From positions 1-64,000 of the forward strand of contig JBHLON010000005.1 of assembly GCA_048940445.1 (NCBI GenBank): DNA of 64,000 nucleotides, in the 5' to 3' direction. Below the pieces are notes generated by a model that had not been told where the DNA came from, did no database searches, and saw only the letters and a program-made list of their open reading frames with translations. Below are positions 44,078 to 53,178 of the stretch, piece after piece; positions within the stretch are counted from its first letter, which is position 1; each line of letters starts with the position of its first letter. The DNA is from Promethearchaeota archaeon (GTDB taxonomy: Archaea; Asgardarchaeota; Lokiarchaeia; Sigyniarchaeales; SOKP01). The position numbers and the translations under genes are program-made.

Positions 44078-44764
44078 GTGGAGTATATGGTCAAGATTGG
44101 AGATTACGTTATAAATCCAACCAAAATTATATGTATTGGTACAAATTACATGGATCATATTGAAGAAACCAAATTGGATATACCTGAAGAACCTGTATTG
44201 TTTCCAAAGACTCCAAATTGTTTGATATTAAATGGAGATCCAATCGTATATCCCAAATGGTTATATAATAATAGTAAATATAACCGAGTTGACTATGAAG
44301 TTGAATTAGCTTTCATTGTAAAGGATAAATGCAAATACGTAAGTGAAGACAATGCATATGAACATATCCTTGGTTATACTGTTTTTAATGATATCACTGC
44401 ACGTAAGATGCAAGCTAAAGATATTGTATCTAAGTTTCCCTGGTTTCGATCAAAATCTTTTGACACATTTGGACCAATAGGTCCTATTATTAAAAATGTT
44501 GAAAGTATAGAAGACCCCCATAATTTAGACATTGAATTAAAGGTAAATGGAGTAATTAAGCAATCATCAAACACAAAATTTTTACTATTTAAAATCCCAG
44601 AATTATTAGAATATATAACAAAATTTTTTACAATGCAAAGAGGAGATATTATTGCTACGGGAACTCCTGGAGGCATAGGTCCTATCAATCCGGGTGATTT
44701 AATTGAAGCAAAAATTGAAGATATCGGAATACTTACAAATAAAGTAGTTTTAGAAGGAGAGTGA
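44078..44764 (+). CDS. Fumarylacetoacetate hydrolase family protein
   Basis: CIGTNY, DYEVEL, NDITAR, KSFDTF, ATGTPGG. Confidence 0.9.
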   Translation: MEYMVKIGDYVINPTKIICIGTNYMDHIEETKLDIPEEPVLFPKTPNCLILNGDPIVYPKWLYNNSKYNRVDYEVELAFIVKDKCKYVSEDNAYEHILGYTVFNDITARKMQAKDIVSKFPWFRSKSFDTFGPIGPIIKNVESIEDPHNLDIELKVNGVIKQSSNTKFLLFKIPELLEYITKFFTMQRGDIIATGTPGGIGPINPGDLIEAKIEDIGILTNKVVLEGE

Positions 44765-44773
44765 ATATCTAAA

Positions 44774-45448
44774 ATGAAAATTGGGGATGATTCAATTAAT
44801 CCTACCAAAATATTGTGTCTAGGGAGGAATTATTTAGAACATATTAAAGAAACAAAAGCACCAATACCTAAAGAACCAGTGTTTTTTGTTAAGACAATAA
44901 ATACGTTAATCACGGATAATAAGCCGATTATTTACCCGAAAATATTGTATCAAAATAACGAGTTTAACAGAGTAGATCATGAAGTCGAACTTGCATTTGT
45001 TATTAAGAAGAAATGTAAACACATTCCAGCGCAATATGCATATGATTATATAAAAGGTTATACCATACTTCTTGATCTAACTGCTCGAAATATGCAAGTA
45101 GCTGATAGAAACATTAATCTTCCTTGGTATAGGAGCAAGAATTTTGATACATTCGCTCCAATAGGACCTGTAATAAAAGAAGTTAATGAAATAAAAGCTC
45201 CTCATAATCTTAATATTGAGTTAAAGGTGAATGGAGAAACCAAACAGTCCTCTAACACTAAATATATGATTTTTAAGATTCCTGTAATTTTGGAATATCT
45301 TTCAAAGTTTGTCACTTTAGAAAAAGATGATATTGTTGCTACAGGGACTCCAAGTGGAATATCACCAATTTATCCTGGAGATACCATTGAAGCTTCGATT
45401 GAAAATATAGGAACCATTACCCACACGGTGATTTTAGAAGAAATATAG
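44774..45448 (+). CDS. Fumarylacetoacetate hydrolase family protein (tandem paralog)
   Basis: CLGRNY, DHEVEL, DLTAR, KNFDTF, ATGTPSG. Confidence 0.9.
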   Translation: MKIGDDSINPTKILCLGRNYLEHIKETKAPIPKEPVFFVKTINTLITDNKPIIYPKILYQNNEFNRVDHEVELAFVIKKKCKHIPAQYAYDYIKGYTILLDLTARNMQVADRNINLPWYRSKNFDTFAPIGPVIKEVNEIKAPHNLNIELKVNGETKQSSNTKYMIFKIPVILEYLSKFVTLEKDDIVATGTPSGISPIYPGDTIEASIENIGTITHTVILEEI

Positions 45449-45518
45449 ACAATTTTCACCTTGGAATTTCTAAAAATAAGGCTTACATTTATTTATGTAA
45501 ATAAATAACAATTTCATA

Positions 45519-45719
45519 ATGGAAGAAATAACTGAAGAGATTAAAAAGGAGATTTTTAGATTAATCGCCATTCCTGGGCTCGAAGTTAGGGACATTCCCA
45601 AACAGATAAATGCATCATTTAATACTCATTTTAATTATGACCAAATTATGGAGTTTTTATCTGATGAGTTTTTCAAAAAAAACCTAGATTATGGGCGAAG
45701 ATTATGTTGTAGATTTTAA
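45519..45719 (+). CDS. Small hypothetical protein
   Basis: 66-aa ATG-started ORF filling the gap; no family recognised. Confidence 0.5.
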   Translation: MEEITEEIKKEIFRLIAIPGLEVRDIPKQINASFNTHFNYDQIMEFLSDEFFKKNLDYGRRLCCRF

Positions 45720-45977
45720 CCTCTAAAAATTTATGTCCCTTAATTAATAAAAATTCTGAATAAAGAAAAGAATCGTAATAAAATTTTTTAATATTGCTAT
45801 ATTTTTAATCATACTAAGTACAAAATATACTTCTAAAGGACTTAGGACGCAAATTAAAGCGGTTTCGATATAAAATATATATCGGGATGAAAAAGATCGA
45901 TAAAGAATTTAATTGAACGTTCTTAATCTTTTGAGTATATTTTAACATAAAATTATTTAGCAAAACGGTGAAATTAA

Positions 45978-46542
45978 TTGAGTACTAAAGGAAGATTGGT
46001 TGTAAAGGCTCTTGTGACTGGTGGGAGAGTTATAATTTAACATTCGTTTAGAATAAAACCCCGAATGCGTCAGGAGGGCCACCCATAGGTCCAGCTGTAG
46101 GTCCAACAGGCATAAAATTAAAATCTTTTCGATTTTTTGTGCAAATATAAAAGATGTCGTTGATGCGGTCAATGAAAAAACGATGATCTTCAAGGGCCTA
46201 ACAGTTCCGGTTAGGATTGAATGTGATCCTGAGACTAAACAATTTGAAATTTTTGTTGAAACTCCAAGTACTGCCTCTCTTCTCCTGAAGGAACTGGGCG
46301 TTGAGAAAGGGATTACTTCAGCTTCAGAATCAAAGATTGGTAATCTAACATTGGAACAGGTAATGGCTGTTGCAACCGCTAAGAAAGAGAAATTTTTGGA
46401 CAAAACTTATAGAACTGCTGTGAAAACTGTATTAGGTACAGCGTTATCAATAGGAGCTACCGTTGAAGGAGAAGATCCACGAGTAATTCAAAAAAAAATT
46501 GAAAATGGGGAATTTGATGATAGAATTAAGGGTGAGATGTAA
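45978..46542 (+). CDS. rpl11: 50S ribosomal protein uL11, spliced as join(45978..46027,46066..46115,46145..46542), 165 aa
   Basis: GGTGA SD then TTG. Spliced product [56 protein letters not shown]... has the uL11 N-terminus; first gene of the L11-L1-L10-L12 cluster. Confidence 0.93.
46028..46065 (+). other. rpl11 intron 1 (38 nt, BHB/BHL-like)
   Basis: Helix UGGG/CCCG, cuts AG|A and AA|U, inner stem GUUAUAAUUUAA/UUAGAAUAAAAC, outer UGAC/GUCA; in-frame TAA at 46038-46040. Confidence 0.88.
46116..46144 (+). other. rpl11 intron 2 (29 nt, BHB-like)
   Basis: Helix GCAU/GUGC, cuts AA|A and AA|A, inner stem AAAAUC/GAUUUU; removal gives GINIKDVV. Confidence 0.88.
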
Positions 46543-46545
46543 GAC

Positions 46546-47274
46546 ATGAAGTTAGATGATAAAATGTTAAGAAAATCAGTTAGCGCTGCTATTAAATTTT
46601 CAGTAAAGCAAAAAAAAGGGTCTAAAGATAAAGTTAGAAACTTTGATGAGAGTATAGATTTCATAGTAAATCTTAAAGATCTAAATTTAAATGACCCAAA
46701 ACAAAGAATTGATAAAGAAATCCTTTTACCCAACAATGTTCTAATCTCTGAAAAGCCAAATGTATGTGTGGTTGCTTCAGATGAAATTCTCTTGGAGGCA
46801 AAAAATTTAGGATTAGATACTTTGGATGAGGAGGGTCTTGTAAGATTAAATAATGAAGAGAAAAAGTATAAAAAAAAATTTGTTAAAAAGTATGATTTTT
46901 TTATCGTTGAAGACAAAATGATGCCAAATCTAGCTCGATATCTTGCTAGGTTTTTAGGACCAGTTGGTAAAATGCCAAAACCTTTCCCTAGTGGATATGG
47001 AATAATATCAAGTCCAGAAGATTTAAAAGTTGCAGTAGATCGGTATTTAAAAGCAATTCGAATTCAACTAAAGAAACAACCTCAGATACAAGTTAAAATC
47101 GGAAAGAAATCAATGGAAAAGAAAGAGGTTATTGAGAATTTAAAAACTGTTGTTGATTATATTGCAGAACAAATGCCCCATAAATATAACAACATTAAAT
47201 CCATGTATCTTAAAACAACAATGGGCCATCCTGTTAAAATTGATGAACAGCATTTAAAATCAATAGAGGTGTAA
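46546..47274 (+). CDS. rpl1: 50S ribosomal protein uL1
   Basis: RNFDESIDFIVNLK, LGPVGKMPKP, YLKTTMGHP. Confidence 0.96.
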   Translation: MKLDDKMLRKSVSAAIKFSVKQKKGSKDKVRNFDESIDFIVNLKDLNLNDPKQRIDKEILLPNNVLISEKPNVCVVASDEILLEAKNLGLDTLDEEGLVRLNNEEKKYKKKFVKKYDFFIVEDKMMPNLARYLARFLGPVGKMPKPFPSGYGIISSPEDLKVAVDRYLKAIRIQLKKQPQIQVKIGKKSMEKKEVIENLKTVVDYIAEQMPHKYNNIKSMYLKTTMGHPVKIDEQHLKSIEV

Positions 47275-47278
47275 ATAA

Positions 47279-48166
47279 TTGATTGGAAAAAAAGCTATTC
47301 CACAATGGAAGAAAAAAGAAGTTAATAGTTTAATAGATTTGTTTAAAAATAATAAAAATATCGCGGTAATTGAAGTTGCTAATTTAAATGATAGACAAAT
47401 TCAAGAAACAAGAAAACTTTTAAGAGGAAAAGCGATTATTAGAATGTCTAAAAAGAATCTACAGTTAAGGGCCATTGAAGAATTTAAAAAAGAATCAAAA
47501 AATTCAAATTTAGAAGAATTTGCGGAGAATATTCCTGGACAATCAGCCTTATGTTTTACAAATATGGATATTTTCGAATTAAAGAAGATTTTTAATGAGA
47601 ATGAGTGGATGGTTCCCGCGAAACCGGAGGAAGTAACTCCAGTAGATATTTGGGTTCCAGCCGGAGATACGGGATTACCTACTGGTCAGGTAATATCTGA
47701 GTTAAATATGACCTTGAAATTGCCAACAAGAATACAAAATGATACTATTTGGATAAGAGATGATACCAGAACACATAAAGCAGGAGATGTTGTTGATGTT
47801 AAACAAGCTGCAGTTTTGAAAAAGTTAGGAATTAAACCTATTGAATCATTAATTAGGATACATTCTGCTTGGAGCGATGGCGAGATTATACCCGAAGATA
47901 TTCTATATATGAATTTAGATCAGTTTAAGCAAGATCTTACAAAAGCTCATAGAGAAGCTCTCGGAATACTATTTGAAATCCCTGTTTTATTTGAAGATAT
48001 GACAAAAGAATATCTCCAAAAAGCAGTTGCAAGTGCTAATTTATTAAGTGCGATTATCTTTGGAGAAGGTTTGCAAGAAACTCCCAAGGTAGAACCTAAA
48101 GTTGAAGAAAAAGAATCTGAAGAAGAAGAAGAAGAACAAGTTGGTATAGGAGGTTTATTCGGCTAA
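47279..48166 (+). CDS. rpl10: 50S ribosomal protein uL10 (P0)
   Basis: IPQWKK, IRMSKKNL, VPAGDTG, LKKLGIKP, acidic tail ending GIGGLFG. Confidence 0.95.
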   Translation: MIGKKAIPQWKKKEVNSLIDLFKNNKNIAVIEVANLNDRQIQETRKLLRGKAIIRMSKKNLQLRAIEEFKKESKNSNLEEFAENIPGQSALCFTNMDIFELKKIFNENEWMVPAKPEEVTPVDIWVPAGDTGLPTGQVISELNMTLKLPTRIQNDTIWIRDDTRTHKAGDVVDVKQAAVLKKLGIKPIESLIRIHSAWSDGEIIPEDILYMNLDQFKQDLTKAHREALGILFEIPVLFEDMTKEYLQKAVASANLLSAIIFGEGLQETPKVEPKVEEKESEEEEEEQVGIGGLFG

Positions 48167-48232
48167 ATTTTTCAACTGAAAATAAATTAAGAATTAAAAA
48201 TTATTGAAATTAAGAATTGGAGGTTATAAAAT

Positions 48233-48526
48233 ATGGAATCAATTTACGCTGCTTTATTGCTACATAAAGCCAATAAAAAGATTACAGAATCAAACTTAGA
48301 AAAGGTTTTAGAGGCGGCTGGTTCTAAAATCGACAAAGCAGAACTCACTAAGCTTATAGCAGGTTTAAAGGAGGTCAAACTTGAGGATATCATTAAATCC
48401 GCTGGCTCTGCTCCTGTTATGACAGCCCCAAGTGCAGCACCTAAAGTAGAAAAGAAAGAAAAAAAGAAGAAAAAAGAAGAAGAAGAAGAGGAAGAAGAAC
48501 CAACTGGTATTGGGTCACTTTTCTAG
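48233..48526 (+). CDS. rpl12: 50S ribosomal stalk protein P1 (aL12)
   Basis: MESIYAALLLH, Ala/Lys/Glu hinge, GIGSLF. Confidence 0.95.
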   Translation: MESIYAALLLHKANKKITESNLEKVLEAAGSKIDKAELTKLIAGLKEVKLEDIIKSAGSAPVMTAPSAAPKVEKKEKKKKKEEEEEEEEPTGIGSLF

Positions 48527-48719
48527 AAAAACTTGAATTAAATAAATTTTTTTTAACCTATTTTTTATTTATTATCTACAAAATTTTTTAAAAATTTAAA
48601 GTTCGATCAAAAACTTTTTTTTAAAGTTAATTTTTTATTAGTTACATTTATCAACCACTAAAGTGAAATTTATCTATAAATTAGACTTCCTAACAAAAAA
48701 ATGAAGGTATTGATACAAG

Positions 48720-50174
48720 ATGGGAGGTAAATTTCTTAAATTTTTCTCTCCATTTGTACGGGTAATGCCGGAGATAAAACAGCCCCAAAGAGAGGTAAGT
48801 TTTAAAGAAAAGCTCATTTGGACATCTCTTGTTTTGGTCATTTATATAATTATGTCCAGTATTCCTATGTACGGAGTAAATCTGGCAAATACCACAGATT
48901 ATTATTATTGGTTAAGGGTAATTTTAGCTAGCAAAAGAGGAACTCTAACCGAACTGGGTATCGGTCCTATAGTAACTGCTGGTTTAGTAATGCAATTATT
49001 ACTTGGTTCAAAAATTATTAAGGTAGATATGAGTGATCCATACGATAGAGCGATGTTTAGTGGCTCCCAAAAAGTAATGGCTTTGTTTTTAACCATATTT
49101 AATGCAGTTGCATACATTCTTGGTGGAGCCTTTGGTTCAGGTTTAGGTATTGCAACACAAACGTTCATATTTCTGCAACTATTGTTTGCTGGGATTATTA
49201 TAATACTTTTAGATGAACTATTACAAAAAGGATGGGGTCTGGGAAGTGGGGTTTCATTATTCATCGCTGCTGGAGTTGCAGGACAAATCTTTCTAAATTG
49301 CTTCAGTTTTTATGGGATCAATTCTCCACAGGGAGCAAGAGGTATAGTTGTTGCTTTTTTTGAATCCTTTACCAATCCTAATGTAGATATAGCATCACTA
49401 TTTCAAAGAGGACAATTACCTTCAATTTTAGGTGGATTAACTACATTACTTATTTTTGTAATTGTTGTTTGGCTTGAATCGACCAGAGTAGAAATACCTC
49501 TTACATACAGAGGATATCGAGGATTCAGAGGAAAATATCCAATGAAACTACTATATGTCTCTAATATTCCCGTGATATTAGTAAATGCCTTATATGCAAA
49601 TCTATTATTCTTCGGTCAGTTAATTGCAGGTCCAGATTCCGCCCTGCGGAACCCAGATACTGACTTCTGGTTAAACATTATAGGAAAATTTACTAAGGAG
49701 GCGTCGGCAACCCAACAAGGACAATATTTATTACCTACAGGAGGAATATTATATTTCTTATCAGCACCCCAAGGTATTAATGCCCTTCTTCAAGACCCCT
49801 TAAGAGCTGTTATTTATTTAGTCATATTCATATTTCTTTGTGTGATGCTCGGCCGTCTATGGGTTGAAGTCTCTGGATTAGCACCACGCGATATCGCACA
49901 ACAAATTCTCGATTCAGGTATGAGTGTGCCAGGATTTAGAAGCTCAGAACGTATAATTGAAAGAATTTTGAAGAGATATATTCCAACTTTAGTAATCATT
50001 AATGGAATGATAATTGCTTGTATGAGCTTCACCGCGGATTCATTGGGTGCATTGACTTCAGGTACGGGACTTTTGATCGCTATCGGCATCGTGCATCAAT
50101 ATTCAGAAACTATCGCAAAAGAGGTAGCGGCATCTCAATACCCAGGCATGCGGAGCTTCCTTGGCTTGGATTAG
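48720..50174 (+). CDS. secY: Preprotein translocase SecY (Sec61alpha)
   Basis: GTLTELGIGPIVTAG, GLGSGVSLFI, YVSNIPVIL, PGFR, GTGLLIAIGI. Confidence 0.97.
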   Translation: MGGKFLKFFSPFVRVMPEIKQPQREVSFKEKLIWTSLVLVIYIIMSSIPMYGVNLANTTDYYYWLRVILASKRGTLTELGIGPIVTAGLVMQLLLGSKIIKVDMSDPYDRAMFSGSQKVMALFLTIFNAVAYILGGAFGSGLGIATQTFIFLQLLFAGIIIILLDELLQKGWGLGSGVSLFIAAGVAGQIFLNCFSFYGINSPQGARGIVVAFFESFTNPNVDIASLFQRGQLPSILGGLTTLLIFVIVVWLESTRVEIPLTYRGYRGFRGKYPMKLLYVSNIPVILVNALYANLLFFGQLIAGPDSALRNPDTDFWLNIIGKFTKEASATQQGQYLLPTGGILYFLSAPQGINALLQDPLRAVIYLVIFIFLCVMLGRLWVEVSGLAPRDIAQQILDSGMSVPGFRSSERIIERILKRYIPTLVIINGMIIACMSFTADSLGALTSGTGLLIAIGIVHQYSETIAKEVAASQYPGMRSFLGLD

Positions 50175-50270
50175 GCAATTCTATTTCTTTTCTATTATTT
50201 CTGAATAATTATAAAGATATTTAATATACAAAAAAATTTAAAATAATAGAGCGTATTTAGTACACTATCT

Positions 50271-50951
50271 ATGTTATTAATAATTTTTCAAGGGCTAGGT
50301 TGGTTTAGTTATCCACCCGGATCGATGTTATTTGTGTTGTTATTGGCTACAGCAACAGCATTGTTAAGCACAGGATTGACTAAATGGTTGACTGATATTG
50401 ATGAGATGAATAGGAAACAAAAGGCTTTAAAGGCGCATAATGAAGAAAAAGCCAAGATTATTGAATTAGCAGAAATTGATGTTGAGCGTTATAGAAAGCT
50501 TCGTAAAAGATGGGAACGAAAAGATAGTATGTTTAAACAGACTCAGCAAAGAATGTCACTCCAGCGTCTTAAACCTACATGTATTACCTTTTTACCAATG
50601 ATAATTATATTTACGCTTGTAAATTTTGTATTTAGACCTAATAATATACCTGTACCAGTTGCATTGTCCCCCATGAATGCAAATGACATTCCTTTTATTG
50701 GAGGGATAATAGCAGGTTTTACTGGTGGGCCATCAAATCCAGAATGGCCATACATATTTTATCACACATTTTATAAAGTTATCCAACCTTACCACGGATG
50801 GATTAATTTTACGGCATGGTATTTTCTGTGTAGTTTTGGAATAAATACTCTTATTCAAAGAATTTTTAAGTTACAGACTCAAGCTTCCGGTGGATTTGAA
50901 CAAATGATGGGTGGTGGTAGATCAAAAGCTATGGAATTTCCAGATGTCTGA
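50271..50951 (+). CDS. DUF106 / EMC3-TMCO1 (Oxa1 superfamily) membrane insertase
   Basis: TM, coiled coil, LKPTCITFLPMIIIF, WYFLCSF; downstream of secY. Confidence 0.85.
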   Translation: MLLIIFQGLGWFSYPPGSMLFVLLLATATALLSTGLTKWLTDIDEMNRKQKALKAHNEEKAKIIELAEIDVERYRKLRKRWERKDSMFKQTQQRMSLQRLKPTCITFLPMIIIFTLVNFVFRPNNIPVPVALSPMNANDIPFIGGIIAGFTGGPSNPEWPYIFYHTFYKVIQPYHGWINFTAWYFLCSFGINTLIQRIFKLQTQASGGFEQMMGGGRSKAMEFPDV

Positions 50952-50985
50952 AAATTATTCAAATTTATTATTAAAAAAGAAAGTA

Positions 50986-51087
50986 CGCAGACAGAGGGAT
51001 TTGAACCCTCGAGTGCTTTCACACACCAGCTTATTAGGTAAGTGCTTCTCTCCAAGCTGGCGCCGTACCAGGCTAGGCTATGTCTGC
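50986..51087 (-). tRNA. tRNA-Ser(GGA) with an 18-nt intron at 37/38 (51032-51049)
   Basis: Acceptor GCAGACA/TGTCTGC plus G, anticodon stem CCAGC/GCTGG, long variable arm, GGTTCAAATCC; BHB helix TTGG/CTAA. Confidence 0.93.
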
Positions 51088-51162
51088 AAAAAATTTAAAT
51101 AAAATAACGCACACGAGCGTCATTTATCATATTTAAATTAGGGAATTTAAGGTCTTAATTTA

Positions 51163-51447
51163 TTATTTAGGGATTTCTACAGTCTCCTTCATCCTCTTAT
51201 CTAATTTAGCTTTCTTAATCGCTGTTTCTACATCTTCATGTTTAGCGCCCTTTTTAATCTCGATTATGTCAGCTAGAGGTTCAATATGGTTATAATTGAC
51301 TCTTCTCCTTCGAACTTTTAAACCATCGATTATAACAAAGTTCTTATCAATGATATCTACTATAACACAGTAATTTCCTGCTTCTCTTCCCATTGTTTTT
51401 ACACAAACTCTTCCTATATCATAAATACTCATATAATTCGTCACCAA
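51163..51447 (-). CDS. rpl14e: 50S ribosomal protein eL14 (probable start MSIYDIG)
   Basis: IGRVCVKTMGREAG, RRRRVN..HIEP. Confidence 0.93.
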   Translation of the reverse strand: MVTNYMSIYDIGRVCVKTMGREAGNYCVIVDIIDKNFVIIDGLKVRRRRVNYNHIEPLADIIEIKKGAKHEDVETAIKKAKLDKRMKETVEIPK

Positions 51448-51564
51448 ATTACTTTAAGTTCATTTATCATTACTGAATCTTAGTTTCAGTAAGGATAAAT
51501 ATTTATTTGTAAATTAAGAAATTATACAAAAAATAAATCTTTTATGGTTTGTGAAGTAGAAGGT

Positions 51565-52101
51565 TTAGGCCCTTTTATTCAATTTTTTAATGATAATATC
51601 CACTATTTCTCCAATCGTTAAATTCTCAGTATTAATTGTTAAATCGAAATTTTCATTTATTTCATTCAGATTGGTTATGTCAATTTGGTATAATCTCTGG
51701 AAACGCGTGGCTTCTGATCGTTCTCTCAAAATTGTTTCTTTTAATTTTTCTTCATATGGAGTCTTATCTCTAGAACACATCCTTTTAACTCTGATATCAA
51801 TTGGACATGCTAAATAGATTCTAAAGTCTGCTATTTCTTTAAGAAGAAATCCACTTAATTGACTTTCTATTATGATATCTCCTTTTTTAGCGATTTGAAT
51901 GATTTTTTCATCCAAGTTAAGATCTATATCTGGATTGTTTTCAACATATTCTGTAAATTCTTTTAGGCTCATATTTTTTTCACGTGCTAATTCTCTGAAA
52001 GCTTCGCCTGTAGAATAATATCTATGATCAAGAGCATTAGCAATTAATTTACCAATTGTTGATTTTCCAGTTCCATGAAGGCCTGAAATTGTAATAATCA
52101 C
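51565..52101 (-). CDS. cmk: Cytidylate kinase, archaeal type
   Basis: ITISGLHGTGKST, STGEAFR, LYQID; lies between rpl34e and rpl14e. Confidence 0.92.
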   Translation of the reverse strand: MIITISGLHGTGKSTIGKLIANALDHRYYSTGEAFRELAREKNMSLKEFTEYVENNPDIDLNLDEKIIQIAKKGDIIIESQLSGFLLKEIADFRIYLACPIDIRVKRMCSRDKTPYEEKLKETILRERSEATRFQRLYQIDITNLNEINENFDLTINTENLTIGEIVDIIIKKLNKRA

Positions 52102-52163
52102 ATCTATTAACCTTGTGGAATGTGATTGAAAAATAAAAATTAAACAAGGATATTAAAAGACGC

Positions 52164-52433
52164 TTATAACTGCCATACAGTTTCTTTAAGAATACTTTGT
52201 AAGCATTTAGCACAGTATTGTCCACTCGCAATTCTATTTGCTCTTCTAGATGTCTTATCTGTTTTTTTCATTTTAGAAGGTCGTAGTCGCGAGATTGATT
52301 GAAGTGGTTTTTTACATACGATACATCGGACTTTACTTGGCTTTCTTCTCCAATAGTGAGTTGTTGTACGGTTTCCTGGAGTTTTTAGCTTTTTTCTTGC
52401 TTGTGTCTTTGATCTTAATCCTGGTCTTGGCAA
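52164..52433 (-). CDS. rpl34e: 50S ribosomal protein eL34
   Basis: MPRPGLRS, KTPG, CIVC, YCAKC. Confidence 0.93.
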   Translation of the reverse strand: MPRPGLRSKTQARKKLKTPGNRTTTHYWRRKPSKVRCIVCKKPLQSISRLRPSKMKKTDKTSRRANRIASGQYCAKCLQSILKETVWQL

Positions 52434-52515
52434 GTTGGTTCCCTTTAGAATCTTTAATTAAAATTTGCCACTTAAATTGATATATTATAAAGTTGAAACA
52501 AGTTAATTAATTTTA

Positions 52516-53178
52516 TTATTTTGAATAATCTCTCAAATTCAATTTCTCTTGAAATTCTTGATACAATTTGTATAAATCATCTTCAATTGACTCTCTAAAA
52601 TTCTTGTTTTTAGTAAACTTTGAGTAGTTGTTTATAACGTTTTTATAAATACTTTCAAAGTTTAATCGTATCAATTCTAAACCCGGAAATTTTTCTAGAT
52701 TTTCTTTTATATCCTCGAATAGTTGTGATGTAATACTTTTATTGTCTAATGCATTTAATCTAAACGCATCTATTAGAGTGATAAACGAAGAAGTAATTTG
52801 AGAAGTAACCCCAGGAAGTTCAAGCATAGATGAGCTAATTGATTTCCTCTGCAAATATGATTTATCAATACTTTCTCGGTCCTGATTTTTTGAAAAATCA
52901 AGCTCGGATACGGTGTTTATTATATCAATAGCTTTAAAATAATTTTCATTAAATTTCATATAATCCAAAAATTCAGTAAGATCAATTTTTTGTTCTTTTA
53001 ATTGGAAATTGATTTTTAAAAGATCATTCATACAACTTTTAATAGATTTTTGGAAAAAATTGTGGTTTAAATTACCATTTTGATACTTTTTATACAATGT
53101 AAGTATTGTATTAACAACTGAATAGAGATCTGATTCAATATCGGCTATTTTTTTTTTCTTTTTTCCTTCTTCAGACAT
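52516..53178 (-). CDS. Vps28-like (ESCRT-I) protein
   Basis: N-terminal SDLYSVVNTILTLYKKY and C-terminal ITSSFITLIDAFRL ... DDLYKLYQEF resemble recalled Vps28 motifs (AELFAII..LEKAY; FITVMDKLRL; FDLESAYNAF); length 220 aa fits. Confidence 0.7.
   Translation of the reverse strand: MSEEGKKKKKIADIESDLYSVVNTILTLYKKYQNGNLNHNFFQKSIKSCMNDLLKINFQLKEQKIDLTEFLDYMKFNENYFKAIDIINTVSELDFSKNQDRESIDKSYLQRKSISSSMLELPGVTSQITSSFITLIDAFRLNALDNKSITSQLFEDIKENLEKFPGLELIRLNFESIYKNVINNYSKFTKNKNFRESIEDDLYKLYQEFQEKLNLRDYSK

Noticed and set aside
46028-46144. Programmed frameshifting or sequencing indels in rpl11
   Set aside because: The disruptions are 38- and 29-nt structured inserts, not 1-nt slips, and exact removal restores conserved spacing
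45957-46916. Minus-strand ORFs 45957-46403 and 46488-46916, and similar short antisense ORFs throughout the window
   Set aside because: Shadow frames of well-supported genes with no recognisable motifs
50911-51102. 63-aa ORF
   Set aside because: Antisense to tRNA-Ser(GGA)
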